NCBI RefSeq assembly: GCF_006345805.1
Contig: NC_043023.1
Coordinates: forward strand, 9,982,001 to 10,046,000
Direction of reading: 5' to 3'
DNA: 64,000 nt
From: Octopus sinensis
Taxonomy: Eukaryota
This document shows positions 12,276 to 25,125 of the stretch, piece by piece. The notes beneath the pieces are model-generated. The model saw only the letters and a program-made list of their open reading frames with translations. It was not told the origin of the DNA and did no database searches. Position 1 is the first letter of the stretch; every line of letters begins with the position of its first letter. The translations under genes and the position numbers were made by a program.

Positions 12276-12396
12276 ATAAACTAAAGAATAGAGAAAAACA
12301 TAGAAAAGATAAACAATAGATATAAACCTTTGCTTGAAAACCTAAAATTTACTTTTTAGTTTGTAAATAAAATTACATCATATAATCTTTATCTGT

Positions 12397-12735
12397 AGGT
12401 GCAGGAGTGGCTGTGTGGTTAGTAGCTTGCTTACCGACCACATGGTTCTGGGTTCAGTCCCACTGTGTGGCACCTTGGGCAAGTGTCTTTTGCTATAACC
12501 TTGTGAGTGGATATGGCAGACGAAAACTGAAAGAAGCCTGTCGTATGTGTGTTTGTCCCCCCCCCCCAACATAGCTTGACAACCGATGTTGGTGTGCTTA
12601 CATCCCTGTAACTTAGTGGTTCGAACAAAGGGACAAATAGAATAAGTACTAGGCTTACAAAGAATAAGTCAATTTGTTCAACTAAAGGTGGTGCTCCAGC
12701 ATGGCCTCAGTCAAATGACTGAAACAAATAAAAGT
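12397..12735 (+). mobile_element. SINE family 2
   Basis: Same head, body and tail as 8462-8870. A more degraded minus copy follows at ~12915-13150. Confidence 0.85.
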
Positions 12736-13194
12736 ACATATATATATATATACATACACATACATATATATGTGTATATATATATATATATATAAATAGA
12801 GTAACTGGTAACATTATCTATTTTTTCCCCGTTAATTGTAAACAAGGGAAAAATACAAATATCTATTTATATATCGGGACCACTCTTCTTAAATAGAACC
12901 CTGGTTCTTATTCTATCAGTCCCTTTTAGTCGGCCACTAACTTAAGGGATGTAAGCAAGACAACACCCGTTGTCCAGCAAGACAGGAGAACAAAGACACA
13001 CACAAACATATAAATGATGGACTTGCACGGTTTCTGTCTACCAAATTCACTCACAAGTGAGCTATGGCAGATGACACTTGGCCAAAGTGCCATGCGCCGG
13101 GATTGAACATGAAGCAACATGGTTGCAAAGCCAGCTTCTTAACCACACAGACAGGCCAGTCAAACTTTTAAAGCTAGCACTTCATTTATTGAAT

Positions 13195-13495
13195 ATCATC
13201 ATCATCGTTTAACGTCCGCTTTCCATGCTAGCATGGGTTGGACGGTTCAACTGGGGTCTGGGAAGCCCGAAGGCTGCACCAGGCCAGTCAGATCTGGCAA
13301 TGTTTCTACAGCTGGATGCCCTTCCTAACGCCAACCACTCCGTGAGTGTAGTGGGTGCTTTTTATGTGCCACCGACACAGGTGCCTGACGAGGCTGGCGA
13401 ACAGCCACACTCGGATGGTGTTTGTTACGTGCCACCAGCACGGAGGCCAGTCGATGCAGTACTGGCGACGGCCACGTTCGGATGGTTTTCTTATG
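13195..13495 (-). mobile_element. SINE-like family 4 with (GAT)n tail and internal GC-rich minisatellite (RTE-type 3' end)
   Basis: CATCATCATCGTTTAACGTCCGCTTTCCATGCTAGCATGGG...GGATGCCCTTCCTAACGCCAACC. Other copies at 31005-31450 (+), 44970-45395, 51475-51705 (+), 59090-59262 (-). The RTE affinity is inferred. Confidence 0.75.
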
Positions 13496-13649
13496 TACTT
13501 AAAATTCAATTTAGACGTTTAAAAGAATAAAATAAAATCGACAGGAAATAACCTGTGATATCCCATAATTTCTTAAAGCGACCAGATGAGATCCCTTAAT
13601 TTTATTAATAGATCTCCCTCATTATGTTGCATCCACAGATACCTACTTG

Positions 13650-14213
13650 GGATCTTTTCGGTTTGAACGGCTGTTTTTTCTAGCAGTGTCATATGAAACT
13701 GTCACCCATAATTATGACCCTAGTATCGATCCATTGCATTTCAATCTGTTTTAGGGTTAGGGTTAGGGGTGGGGGAAGGATATCTTTTTTCTTCACAAAT
13801 GTAAATAAACCCAATCTGTTTCTTAAACGAGGGACATATTCGTACGGCACAGAATGTTTTCACCTCAATAGACGTCATTGATTGGTTGAAATTGCAGAAA
13901 TTGAAGAAAAAACAACAACAAATATCTTACAAACATATAGAATTTTCTCAATAAAGCCCGAGAGAAAAAGATGTTTTATAAACACATTCTACCAGTATAC
14001 GAAGTTTAAAAGTGTTTAGTTACGTGGAAATTATTTTAAAAAACTGCCGGTCAAACCGAAAAGATCCAAATATCTTACAAACTATAGAATTTTCTAAATA
14101 AAGCCAAGAGAAAAAGATGTTTTATAAACATATTCTACCAGTATACGAAGTTTAAAAGTGTTTAGTTACGTGGAAATTATTTTAAAAAACTGCCGGTCAA
14201 ACCGAAAAGGTCC
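13650..14213. mobile_element. Non-autonomous TIR element (GGATC...GATCC family) with a duplicated right-terminal ~146-bp unit
   Basis: GGATCTTTTCGGTTTGAACGG ... CCGGTCAAACCGAAAAGATCC (14067), repeated at 14213. Internal TTAGGGTTAGGG motif. Confidence 0.85.
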
Positions 14214-14585
14214 AAAATATAAAATAAAATCAACAGGAAATAACGACAGTGATATCCCATAATTTCTCAAAGCGACCTGGTGAGATCCTTTAATTTTATT
14301 AATAGATCTCCCTCATTATGTTGTATCCACAGATACCTACTTGTAGCAGTATAGTACATTCTAGTGATAACTTATTTCAGAAATAGCTGTAACAGGATGA
14401 GAGTTCAGGAACCCTGGAGGGGTGTCCGATCTCTCATCATGTTACAATTGGTACCGTGTGACATAGCTAAGCCTCGCGGTCGCATCCCTAACGGAATAGG
14501 ATAAGCCATAATACAATTTATACAAAACAGAATATAAATGAATGACGAACAAGCCGTACCAGTGTTTTGTATAAATTGTATTATG

Positions 14586-15184
14586 TATTTCTTTACTGCC
14601 CACAAGGGGCTAAACATAGAGGGGACAAACAAGGACAGAAAAAGGAATTAAGTCGATTACATCGACTCCAGTGGGAAACTGGTACTTTATTTATCGACCC
14701 CGAAAGGATGAAAGGCAAAGTCGACCTCGGCGGAATTTGAACTCAGAACGTAACGACAGACGAAATACCTATTTCTTTACTGCCCACAAGGGGCTAAACA
14801 CAGAGGGGACAAACAAGGGCAGACAAAGGAATTAAGTCGATTACATCGACCCCAGTGGGAAACTGGTACTTTATTTATCGACCCCGAAAGGATGAAAGGC
14901 AAAGTCGACCTCGGCGGAATTTGAACTCAGAACGTAACGACAGACGAAATACCTATTTCTTTACTACCCACAAGGGGCTAAACATAGAGGGGACAAACAA
15001 AGACAGACAAAGGAATTAAGTCGATTACATCGACTCCAGTGGGAAACTGGTACTTCGTTTATCGACCCCGAAAGGATGAAAGGCAAAGTCGACCTCGGCG
15101 GAATTTGAACTCAGGACGTAACGACAGACGAAATACGGCTACGCATTTCGCCCGGCGTGCTAACGCTTCTGCCAGTTCGCCGCC
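14586..15184 (-). mobile_element. SINE family 1 trimer (one head, three 184-bp bodies) inside an 18-bp TSD
   Basis: TGTATAAATTGTATTATG (14568-14585) and TGTATAAACTGTATTATG (15191-15208) flank the whole array. Confidence 0.9.
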
Positions 15185-15499
15185 CTAAACTGTATAAACT
15201 GTATTATGGCTTATCCTATTTCGTTAGGGATGTGACCGTGAGGATTAATTACCTATGTCACCAGCCTCCTCGCATACGGTCATATTCCTACATAGCCTAG
15301 CGACGAACATTACTGTAAAGGCAATTCCGTGGCTCGTATATCGATGCTTCATAGCCACTATGATTACATATGAGCAAGGTAATAACCCCGCAGGACTAAT
15401 TAATTAATCAAATTATAATTCACTTATTACTATACTTCAGTGAAGACAGTAAAGGTTACATACAGTAAAGATTACATTATTCTCTGCAATCAAACTAAT

Positions 15500-16370
15500 T
15501 AATTAAGTGAGTGGTTAATTACCCAGAACTGGATAAAGGACTTGCATTTCTCCATAAATTCCTGATTTCTGTTTCACGTCTCCAAGTCTTTGTCTAGCCA
15601 TCATTTCAATGTACGAAGTATGTTAATAAAAAAACCGACGCGAAAGAACGAAACGTACTAAGAAAGAACCCGGTAGCTGTCTTTTATAGAATCCACATTC
15701 TTTGTATATTTCCTTTTGAGAAATGCGTTTAAACTAAGATGTTACATTTTTTTTGTGTGTGTGCGTGTGTCCGAAAATATTTGTAACCAGATCAATATTT
15801 CGTTCGTCTTCACTGTAAAACCATATGCGAGTTACGCAAATTTTTGTTGTACCTTCCGAAGAAGTAAAAATGCTAAACAGTCCTTGAAAATTTCAAAATT
15901 CCATTATTTTTTACATTTCAAGCAAAACTTGGGCATTTCTGCTACATTTAACAGTGTGTTCTTATGTTTCAGATATTTCCATGAATATAAGACATATAAA
16001 CATTTATCTAGTAGCGTAGATACGAAGACGCTAATTAAATTTCGTTCTTTGTATTTCCGAGTCGTTTTTTATAGCTTTCTGTTGTCAAATTTTAGCCCAA
16101 CTCGATTAGATGGAATTTAGTGTAATTAAAGATATTTCACTGAAAACACTGGTTTATATAGCAATAACAGGTAAGATATATGACACATATTATTTAGTAA
16201 AACTAAGATGTACTTTGGGAATTGAAAACCTTTTGATGTTGCTAATCAGAGATCGATATTAATTCTATTGTCCAAAACTGTCTGAAATTAATAATTAAAC
16301 AAATTTAATCAAATACAAGACAATCAACAACATATATTTATTATTCTAGATCATTCTCTTAATTACCAGG
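15500..16370 (+). promoter_or_regulatory. Conserved upstream non-coding exon/promoter block of the 20043 ZNF, with splice donor at 16171
   Basis: Homologous to 36850-37725, including GCAATAACAG|GTAAGATA and the downstream AAACCTTTTGATGTTGCT...GATCGATATTAATT. Confidence 0.65.
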
Positions 16371-16439
16371 TATGAATAATAATCCAAAAGGTACACATGG
16401 AAATATAGTTAAGAAAAAGTAACTAAAATAAAATTACAT

Positions 16440-16822
16440 AGGCGCAGGAGTGGCTGTGTGGTAAGTAGCTTGCTAGCCAACCACATGGTTCCGGGTTCAG
16501 TCCCACTGCGTGGCATCTTGGGCGAGTGTCTTCTGCTATAGCCCCGGGCCGACCAATGCCTTGTGAGTGGATTTGGTAGACGGAAACTGAAAGAAGCCTG
16601 TCGTATATATGTATATATATATATATGCGTGTGTGTTTGTCCCCCTAGCATTGCTTGACAACCGATGCTGGTGTGTTTATGTCCCCGTCACTTAGCGGTT
16701 CGGCAAAAGAGACCGATAGAATAAGTACTAGGCTTACAAAGATTGGGGTCGATTTGCTCGACTAAAGGCGGTACTCCAGCATGGCCGCAGTTAAATGACT
16801 GAAACAAGTAAAAGAGTAAGGA
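16440..16822 (+). mobile_element. SINE family 2
   Basis: Full head-to-tail match to 8462-8870. Confidence 0.9.
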
Positions 16823-16849
16823 GTATATATAAAATATTTTCTACTCTAT

Positions 16850-18468
16850 GCACAAGGCCCGAAATTTGGGGAAGGGAGCCAGTCGATTAGATCGACCCAG
16901 TACGCAGCTGGTACTTAATTTACTGAGCCCGAAAAGAGATGAAAGGCGAAGTCGATCTCGGCCGAATTTGAACTCAGAACGTAACGGCAGACGAGATACT
17001 GCTAAGCATTTCACCCGGTATGCTAACGTTTCTTATTTCTTTATGGTCCACAAGGGGCTAAACATAGAGGGGACAAACAAGGACAGACAGACAGATGGAT
17101 TAAGTCGATTATATCGACCCCAGTGGGTTACTGGTACTTAATTTGTCAACCTGAAAGGATGAAAGGCAAAGTCGACCTTGGCGGAATTTGAACTCAGAAC
17201 GTAGCGGCAGACGAGATACTTATTTCTTTACTACCCACAAGGGGTTAAACACAGAGGGGACAAACAAGGACAGACAAACGGATTAAGTTGATTATATCGA
17301 TCCCAGTGCGTAACTGGTACTTATTTAATCGACCCCGAAAGGATGAAAGGCAAAGTCGACCTCGGCGGAATTTGAACTCACAACGTAACGGCAGACGAGA
17401 TACCACTAAGCATTTCACCCGGCGTGCTAACGTTTCTTATTCTTTACTACCCAAAAGGGGCTAAACATAGAGGGGACAAACAAGGACAGACAGACGAATT
17501 AAGTCGATTATATCGACCCCAGTGCGTAACTGGTACTTATTTAATCGACCCCGAAAGGATGAAAGGCAAAGTTGACCTCTAAACATTTCGCCGTGTGTGC
17601 TAACGTTTCTTATTTCTTTACTACCCAAAAGGGGCTAAACATAGAGGGGACAAACAAGGACAGACAGAGAATAAGTCGATTATATCGACCCCAGTGCGTA
17701 ACTGGTACTTATTAATCGACCCGAAAGGATGAAAGGCAAAGTTGACCTCTAAACATTTCGCCCGGTGTGCTAACGTTTCTTATTCTTTACTACCCAAAAG
17801 GGGCTAAACATAGAGGGGACAAACAAGGACAGACAGACGAATTAAGTCGATTATATCGACCCCAGTGCGTAACTGGTACTTATTTAATCGACCCCGAAAG
17901 GATGAAAGGCAAGTTGACCTCTAAACATTTCGCCCGGTGTGCTAAGTTTCTTATTTCTTTACTACCCAAAAGGGGCTAAACATAGAGGGGACAAACAAGG
18001 ACAGACAGACGAATTAAGTCGATTATATCGACCCCAGTGCGTAACTGGTACTTATTTAATCGACCCCGAAAGGATGAAAGGCAAAGTTGACCTCTAAACA
18101 TTTCGCCCGGTGTGCTAACGTTTCTTATTTCTTTACTACCCAAAAGGGGCTAAACATAGAGGGGACAAACAAGGACAGACAGACGAATTAAGTCGATTAT
18201 ATCGACCCCAGTGCGTAACTGGTACTTATTTAATCGACCCCGAAAGGATGAAAGGCAAAGTTGACCTCTAAACATTTCGCCCGGTGTGCTAACGTTTCTT
18301 ATTTCTTTACTACCCAAAAGGGGCTAAACATAGAGGGGACAAACAAGGACAGACAGACGAATTAAGTCGATTATATCGACCCCAGTGCGTAACTGGTACT
18401 TATTTAATCGACCCCGAAAGGATGAAAGGCAAAGTTGACCTCTACATTTCGCCCGGTATGCTAACGTT
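16850..18468 (-). repeat. SINE family 1 tandem array; the last six units (~173 bp, 17428-18468) carry a B-box deletion
   Basis: Unit joins AAAGTTGACCTC directly to TAAACATTTCGCCCGG. Starts near 17430, 17601, 17771, 17943, 18116, 18290. Confidence 0.92.
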
Positions 18469-18892
18469 TGTGTGTTGTGCTCTTGAGCAAGACACTTTAT
18501 TTCACGTTGCTTCAGTTCACTCAGCTGTAGAAATGAGTTATGTCACTGGTACCAAGCTGTATTGGCCTTTGTCTGTCCCACGGATAACATCAGTGGCATG
18601 GAGAGTGGGAAGGGTGGTATGCATGGGCAATAAAACAACTTTGCCTGGACTTGTGCCTTGGACGGTGACTTTCTAGGTACAACTCCATGACTGAATGGTG
18701 TTTTTTCCTCTTCACTTTAATAAACACACACACACATCTTCAAAAATGCCAAAATGTAAAGAGCGTTGGGTAAGTTCATTTATTCAAGTAAAGTGCTTAT
18801 ATCTGTAGTTTTTCTTTATCGAAATGCTGCAAAATTTCCTCTGTTGTATCTTTGCATTTTAAGTATACTCTTTTTTTTTTCATTTTTATTCT

Positions 18893-19076
18893 TTTACTTG
18901 TTCCTGCCATTTCACTGTGGACATGCTGGAGCACCGCCTTTAGTCAATCAAATCGACCCCAGGACTTATTCTTTTGTAAGCCAAGTTCTTATTCTATCGG
19001 TCTCTTTTGCCGAACCGCTAAGTGACGGGGACGTAAACACACCAGCATCAGTTGTCAAGAGATGTTGGGGGGACAA

Positions 19077-19107
<31 letters not shown>

Positions 19108-19279
19108 CATATATACGACGGGCTTCTTTCAGTTTCCGTCTACCAAATCCACTCACAAGGCATTGGTCGGCCCGAGGCTATAGTAGAAGACACTTGCCCA
19201 AGGTGCCATGCAGTGGGACTGAACCCGGAACCATGTGGTTGGTAAGCAAGCTACTTACCACACAGCCACTCCTACGCCT
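18893..19279 (-). mobile_element. SINE family 2 inserted just upstream of the ZNF splice acceptor
   Basis: Family match. The paralogous intron end at 45980-46139 lacks this insert. Confidence 0.88.
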
Positions 19280-19693
19280 ATGTATCCTCAATATCTTATA
19301 TTCTTGTTTCTCTATCATTTCAGAACATCAGAAACAGCAAAGAATTGTTTCCGTCAGAGACATTGTCAACATCCATCTTCTTAGAAGAACCAAAGAAAAA
19401 TCTTTATAAAGACCATATATAGAACAACACTGTTTATCTAAATCCATGGTGACTTCCTGGTAACATCTCTTTAGAACTGAGATAAATATCAGCAATTGTC
19501 TTCAATTCCTGAAAAGTTCACAAACTGATTTTGGATCCTAATTTCTCTTTTCCATTTCATATGATTTATACGAAATCATTTCTCATACTTATTTTGAAAT
19601 TGGAAGAATTTATAAAAAGGTTTGCAGCATCTTCAGATATCACCAAAGGTCAGAGTTGAGGGAGATTTAATATCGAGAAGATTTGGGGAGGAA

Positions 19694-19985
19694 TCTTTAT
19701 ATATAAAAGTGAAGTTGTGTGTCTGTCTCCTACGATTTAGATTCCTAACTACTCCCAAAATTTGCGGTGCAGTTTAACCAAATATCTTATAGTCGTGATT
19801 CATATCGAGCCCTTCTGGGTATTAGCGCGTGTCTACGATGAGTCTACGATTTTAAAAATAATTTACCATCATTTTTTTCCATTTTTAATGCATTTTTTTT
19901 TGCTATTTTTTGGCTATAACTCTCTAAAAATGCTTATATAGTTATTTCCCTTACAAACCCGAGCAACGCCAGGCGATACTGCTAG
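19694..19985 (+). mobile_element. Non-autonomous Helitron-like element in the ZNF 5' UTR exon
   Basis: A|TCTTTATATATAAAAG ... CCGAGCAACGCCAGGCGATACTGCTAG|T. Confidence 0.72.
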
Positions 19986-20042
19986 TAAAATATAAAACCA
20001 AAAAGAGAATCGTTTGTATGTTGTTGTAGGAAAAGGAAAATT

Positions 20043-20684
20043 ATGGAAAATGAGTCAAGTGAGAATGAGGTTAAAAGTGAAATACTGAAGACAGACTTTT
20101 CTGAGGATGTAAAGAATGAAAAGGGTAAAAAAGCACACCATTGTGACATCTGTGGTAAATCCTTTTCTACAAGTAGCAGCCTTACTAAACATAAGGTTGT
20201 ACACACAGGGGAAAAACCATATCAGTGTGATATCTGTGGTAAATCATTCTCTCACAGTAGCAACTTGTCTAAACACAAATCCATTCATACAGGAGAGAAG
20301 CCGTATCACTGTGATGTCTGTGGTAAATCATTTAATCAAAGTGATAAATTAACTTACCACATACGAATTCATACAGGAGAAAAGCCATATGTCTGTGATG
20401 TCTGCGGTAAATCATTCGCTGTTAATAGTTCCTTAACTAGACACAAACTTATTCATACAATGGAAGACTCATACCATTCTGATAAACCATTCTCCCGCGG
20501 TGACAGTTTTGCTAAACTCATGCACATTCGTGCAGGAGAAAAACAACATCACTGTGATATCTGCGGTAAATCGTTCTTTAAAGGTAACGACTTAAAAAGA
20601 CACAAATGCGTCCATACAGGGGAGAAGCCTTATCAATGTGACATCTGTGAGAAATCATTCTCTCAAAAAATTTGCTTAACTTAG
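20043..20684 (+). CDS. C2H2 zinc-finger protein, 213 aa, 5 complete fingers, ending at an in-frame TAG inside the next finger
   Basis: MENESSE leader. Fingers continue in frame after the TAG ([33 protein letters not shown]...) to a TAA at 20841-20843. Confidence 0.85.
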   Translation: MENESSENEVKSEILKTDFSEDVKNEKGKKAHHCDICGKSFSTSSSLTKHKVVHTGEKPYQCDICGKSFSHSSNLSKHKSIHTGEKPYHCDVCGKSFNQSDKLTYHIRIHTGEKPYVCDVCGKSFAVNSSLTRHKLIHTMEDSYHSDKPFSRGDSFAKLMHIRAGEKQHHCDICGKSFFKGNDLKRHKCVHTGEKPYQCDICEKSFSQKICLT

Positions 20685-22085
<1,401 letters not shown>

Positions 22086-22394
22086 CTCAATCAACAGAAC
22101 GGCCTGCTTGTCTAATTAACATGCAACTGACTGAGTACTCCACAGACACACATACCCTTCATATAGTTTTATTTTTATTTATTTATGCACCCTTTTCAAG
22201 CCTAGCCAAGCTCATGGGCCCTGTTTCCATGGCATATGTGTTCCCCTCAGCTGGACGGGATGCCAGTCCATCGCAGCATTATTCAAGAAACAGGAAGAAA
22301 GAGTGAGTGAAAGTTGGTCATCACAGGAATACAAAACACAAAATGGCTGACCGTTAGTAAGGAGAGACACACAAATAAGAAAGATGAAAGCAAA

Positions 22395-22439
22395 GGACCA
22401 CTGATGCGGTCACAGAAGTGTGACGAAAGAACTCTGGCC
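22395..22439 (+). ncRNA. Minimal type-I hammerhead ribozyme-like motif (Penelope type), degenerate at A9
   Basis: GGACCA CTGATGC G GTCACA-GAAG-TGTGAC GAA A-GAAC-T C TGGCC: stem I CCA/TGG, 6-bp stem II, UC site. Confidence 0.6.
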
Positions 22440-22615
22440 GAAATAAGATTAGGATTAATGTAAAAAATAAATAACACTGAAGCAAAGAAACACCAAATAT
22501 ATGGTGCATGTGTTTTTATTGGCTAAACTGGCAAAATGACCATTCTGAAATACAACAATATCTGTTTCAACACACGATTTCACATCAAAAATCTTGCAAA
22601 ACAAATATATAAACG

Positions 22616-22649
<34 letters not shown>

Positions 22650-22665
22650 TTATATATATATATAT

Positions 22666-22684
<19 letters not shown>

Positions 22685-22700
<16 letters not shown>

Positions 22701-22945
22701 CACGTGACCGACCAGTCCATCAGATGTAGTTACACATCGCTGGTCACAATGCGTTCACATTGTTTTAGCCTTTGAATGACACCACCCCGCTGGCTAAGCG
22801 AGCAGGCCAACAGAAGAAAGAGTGGTGAAAGAGTACAGCAGGGATCACCACCCCCTGCCGGAGCCTCGTGGAGCTTTTAGGTGTTTTCGCTCAATAAACA
22901 TACACAACTGGGAATCAAAACTGCGAGTCTGCTGCCCTAATCACT
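22685..22945 (-). mobile_element. SINE family 3b (truncated)
   Basis: Reverse complement of 27467-27752. Other copies at 31963-32350 (-), 55519-55890 (+), 63358-63548 (+). Confidence 0.8.
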
Positions 22946-22956
22946 GGTTATATTAA

Positions 22957-23340
22957 TCTCTCTCTATATAAACGGCAGTTTGTCTGTGCGTGTTTCTGTG
23001 TGTCTGTTTGCTTGTACCCTCACCCTAACCATGGCTTTCAACCGATTCTGATGAAACTTGACACACGCATAGCCCAATGTCATAATTCAAAACTAACGCA
23101 GCGAAAATTTTGAAAAGTTCCCCCAGTTCTGAAAAAAATCGATAAATTCGACATGGGGTCGAGAATCAGGAATACGAACCACAAACTGTCTAGGGGACGC
23201 AACTCTACCTTTTTTAAATCTCAAAAACAAATTTACCATCATTTTTTTCCATTTTTTTGCTATTTTTTGGCTATAACTCTCTAAAAATGCTTTATAGTTA
23301 TTTCCCTTACAACCCGAGCAACGCCGGGCGATACTGCTAG
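22957..23340 (+). mobile_element. Non-autonomous Helitron-like element
   Basis: A|TCTCTCTCTATATAAAC ... CCCGAGCAACGCCGGGCGATACTGCTAG|T: 3' hairpin plus CTAG. Confidence 0.75.
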
Positions 23341-23602
23341 TACATACATATATTCATGTGTGTGTGTGTGTGTTTTATGTTGTATGTCTCGTTTCTCTGG
23401 GGTTTTTTCGTTGTTCAAAAAAAGTTTGTTTTTATGTTTTCGTTTCTCATTGTGTTCAAGGTATTTTTTTATGTCCTGTACCCATATAAGCATGTCTGTA
23501 TATAACGGGAAGCTTTATGAAAATAGACAAAAGACGAAGGCAGGTGGAAAACAAACGAACAATTGTATTAGTATGGCGCTCAGGAAATATAAATAAAACA
23601 AG

Positions 23603-23640
23603 TCTTTAACGTTTCGAGCCTACGCTCTTCAACAGAAAGA
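23603..23640 (-). ncRNA. Minimal type-I hammerhead ribozyme-like motif
   Basis: Minus: TCTTT CTGTTGA A GAGC-GTAG-GCTC GAA AC-GT T AAAGA: 5-bp stem I, 4-bp stem II; core differs from CUGANGA at A6. Confidence 0.6.
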
Positions 23641-23754
23641 TACACAGAGAGAAAAAAAACACAGAAAGAAGGAGAGAAAAAAAATGCATGCAGTAGCTAA
23701 CGAATCAACATGGCGGTACATATATGTCTGTATATATGCATATATTATATATTA

Positions 23755-24138
23755 CTAGCAGTATCGCCCGGCGTTGCTCAGGTTTGTAAGGGAAATAACT
23801 ATAAAGCATTTTTAGAGAGTTATAGCCAAAAAATAGCAAAAAAATGGAAAAAAAATTATGGTAAATTTTTTTGAGTTAAAAAAGGTGGAGTTGCGTCCCC
23901 TAGACGGTCTGTGGTTTTTGTTTCTGATTCTCGACCCCATGTCGAATTTATCGATTTTTTTCAGAACTGGGGGAACTTTTCAAAATTTTCGCTGCGTTAG
24001 TTTTGAATTATGACATTGGGCTATGTGTGTGTCAAGTTTCATCAGAATCGGTTGAAAGCTGTGGTTAGGGTGAGGGTACAACCTGACAGACACACAGAAA
24101 CACGCAGACAGACAAACTGCCGTTTATATAGAGAGAGA
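23755..24138 (-). mobile_element. Non-autonomous Helitron-like element, inverted partner of 22957-23340
   Basis: Same length (384 bp) and high identity by eye, opposite orientation. Confidence 0.75.
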
Positions 24139-24177
24139 TTTATATTATATGATTGAATGCCACGCGTTCCAAGTAAG

Positions 24178-24211
<34 letters not shown>

Positions 24212-24386
24212 ATTAAATTAGAGATAAAACCACTATTAGGCAAATCAAACAGTGAAAAACATAAACCAAAACATAGAAATAAAATTAATTAATATAATAT
24301 ACAAAATATATTAAATATAAAATTCAAAATTTAAATTTAAAGTTAAAATTAAAAATTTTTTTTAATCATTAATTCATACTTATAAA

Positions 24387-24423
<37 letters not shown>

Positions 24424-24486
24424 ATAAAACGGTAAGATAACAAAAGAAAGAAAGAGACCTCAATATTATGTAAATAGAGGAAATTT

Positions 24487-24754
24487 ATCTATACAATATG
24501 TTACTTTACTCGGTAGTCAAGATAAAACTCTGAGTTTCAGATGCCGAAGTGGAAATCCACAACACCATCTCTTCGGTTATCTGGCTATTTTCTAAATAGC
24601 CAGATAACCGAAGAGATGGTGTTGTGGATTTCCACTTCGGCATCTGAAACTCAGAGTTAGCCAGATAACCGAAGAGATGGTGTTGTGGATTTCCACTTCG
24701 GCATCTGAAACTCAGAGTTTTATCTTGACTACCGAGTAATGTAACATATTGTAT

Positions 24755-24758
<4 letters not shown>
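24487..24758. mobile_element. Palindromic Penelope-like pseudo-LTR remnant in (TA)n, with three hammerhead-like copies
   Basis: Inverted arms around TTTTCTAAA, with a ~61-bp tandem duplication in the right arm. AGATAA CCGAAGA GATG..CATC TGAA ACT-CAG-AGT T TTATCT. Confidence 0.65.
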
Positions 24759-24794
<36 letters not shown>

Positions 24795-25012
24795 AAAAAT
24801 AAGAGTGAAAAAATTGGATATTAATTTAATAATAACATCAATTTAACACCAAGTGGTTTAGCGCATAAAAACCTGGGATACAGTAAAAATTAATACACAA
24901 ATATAAGAGAGTGTCCACTATGTGGTCGCTCTAGCGCTAGAAATAGATCCGCAATGGTCTCAACCACCAAGAATTGTTCCCAAGGAGAATTAGCACAACT
25001 ATATATATATAT

Positions 25013-25043
<31 letters not shown>

Positions 25044-25082
25044 CATATTATTACATGATCAAACGCCAAGCGTTCCAAGTAA

Positions 25083-25125
<43 letters not shown>

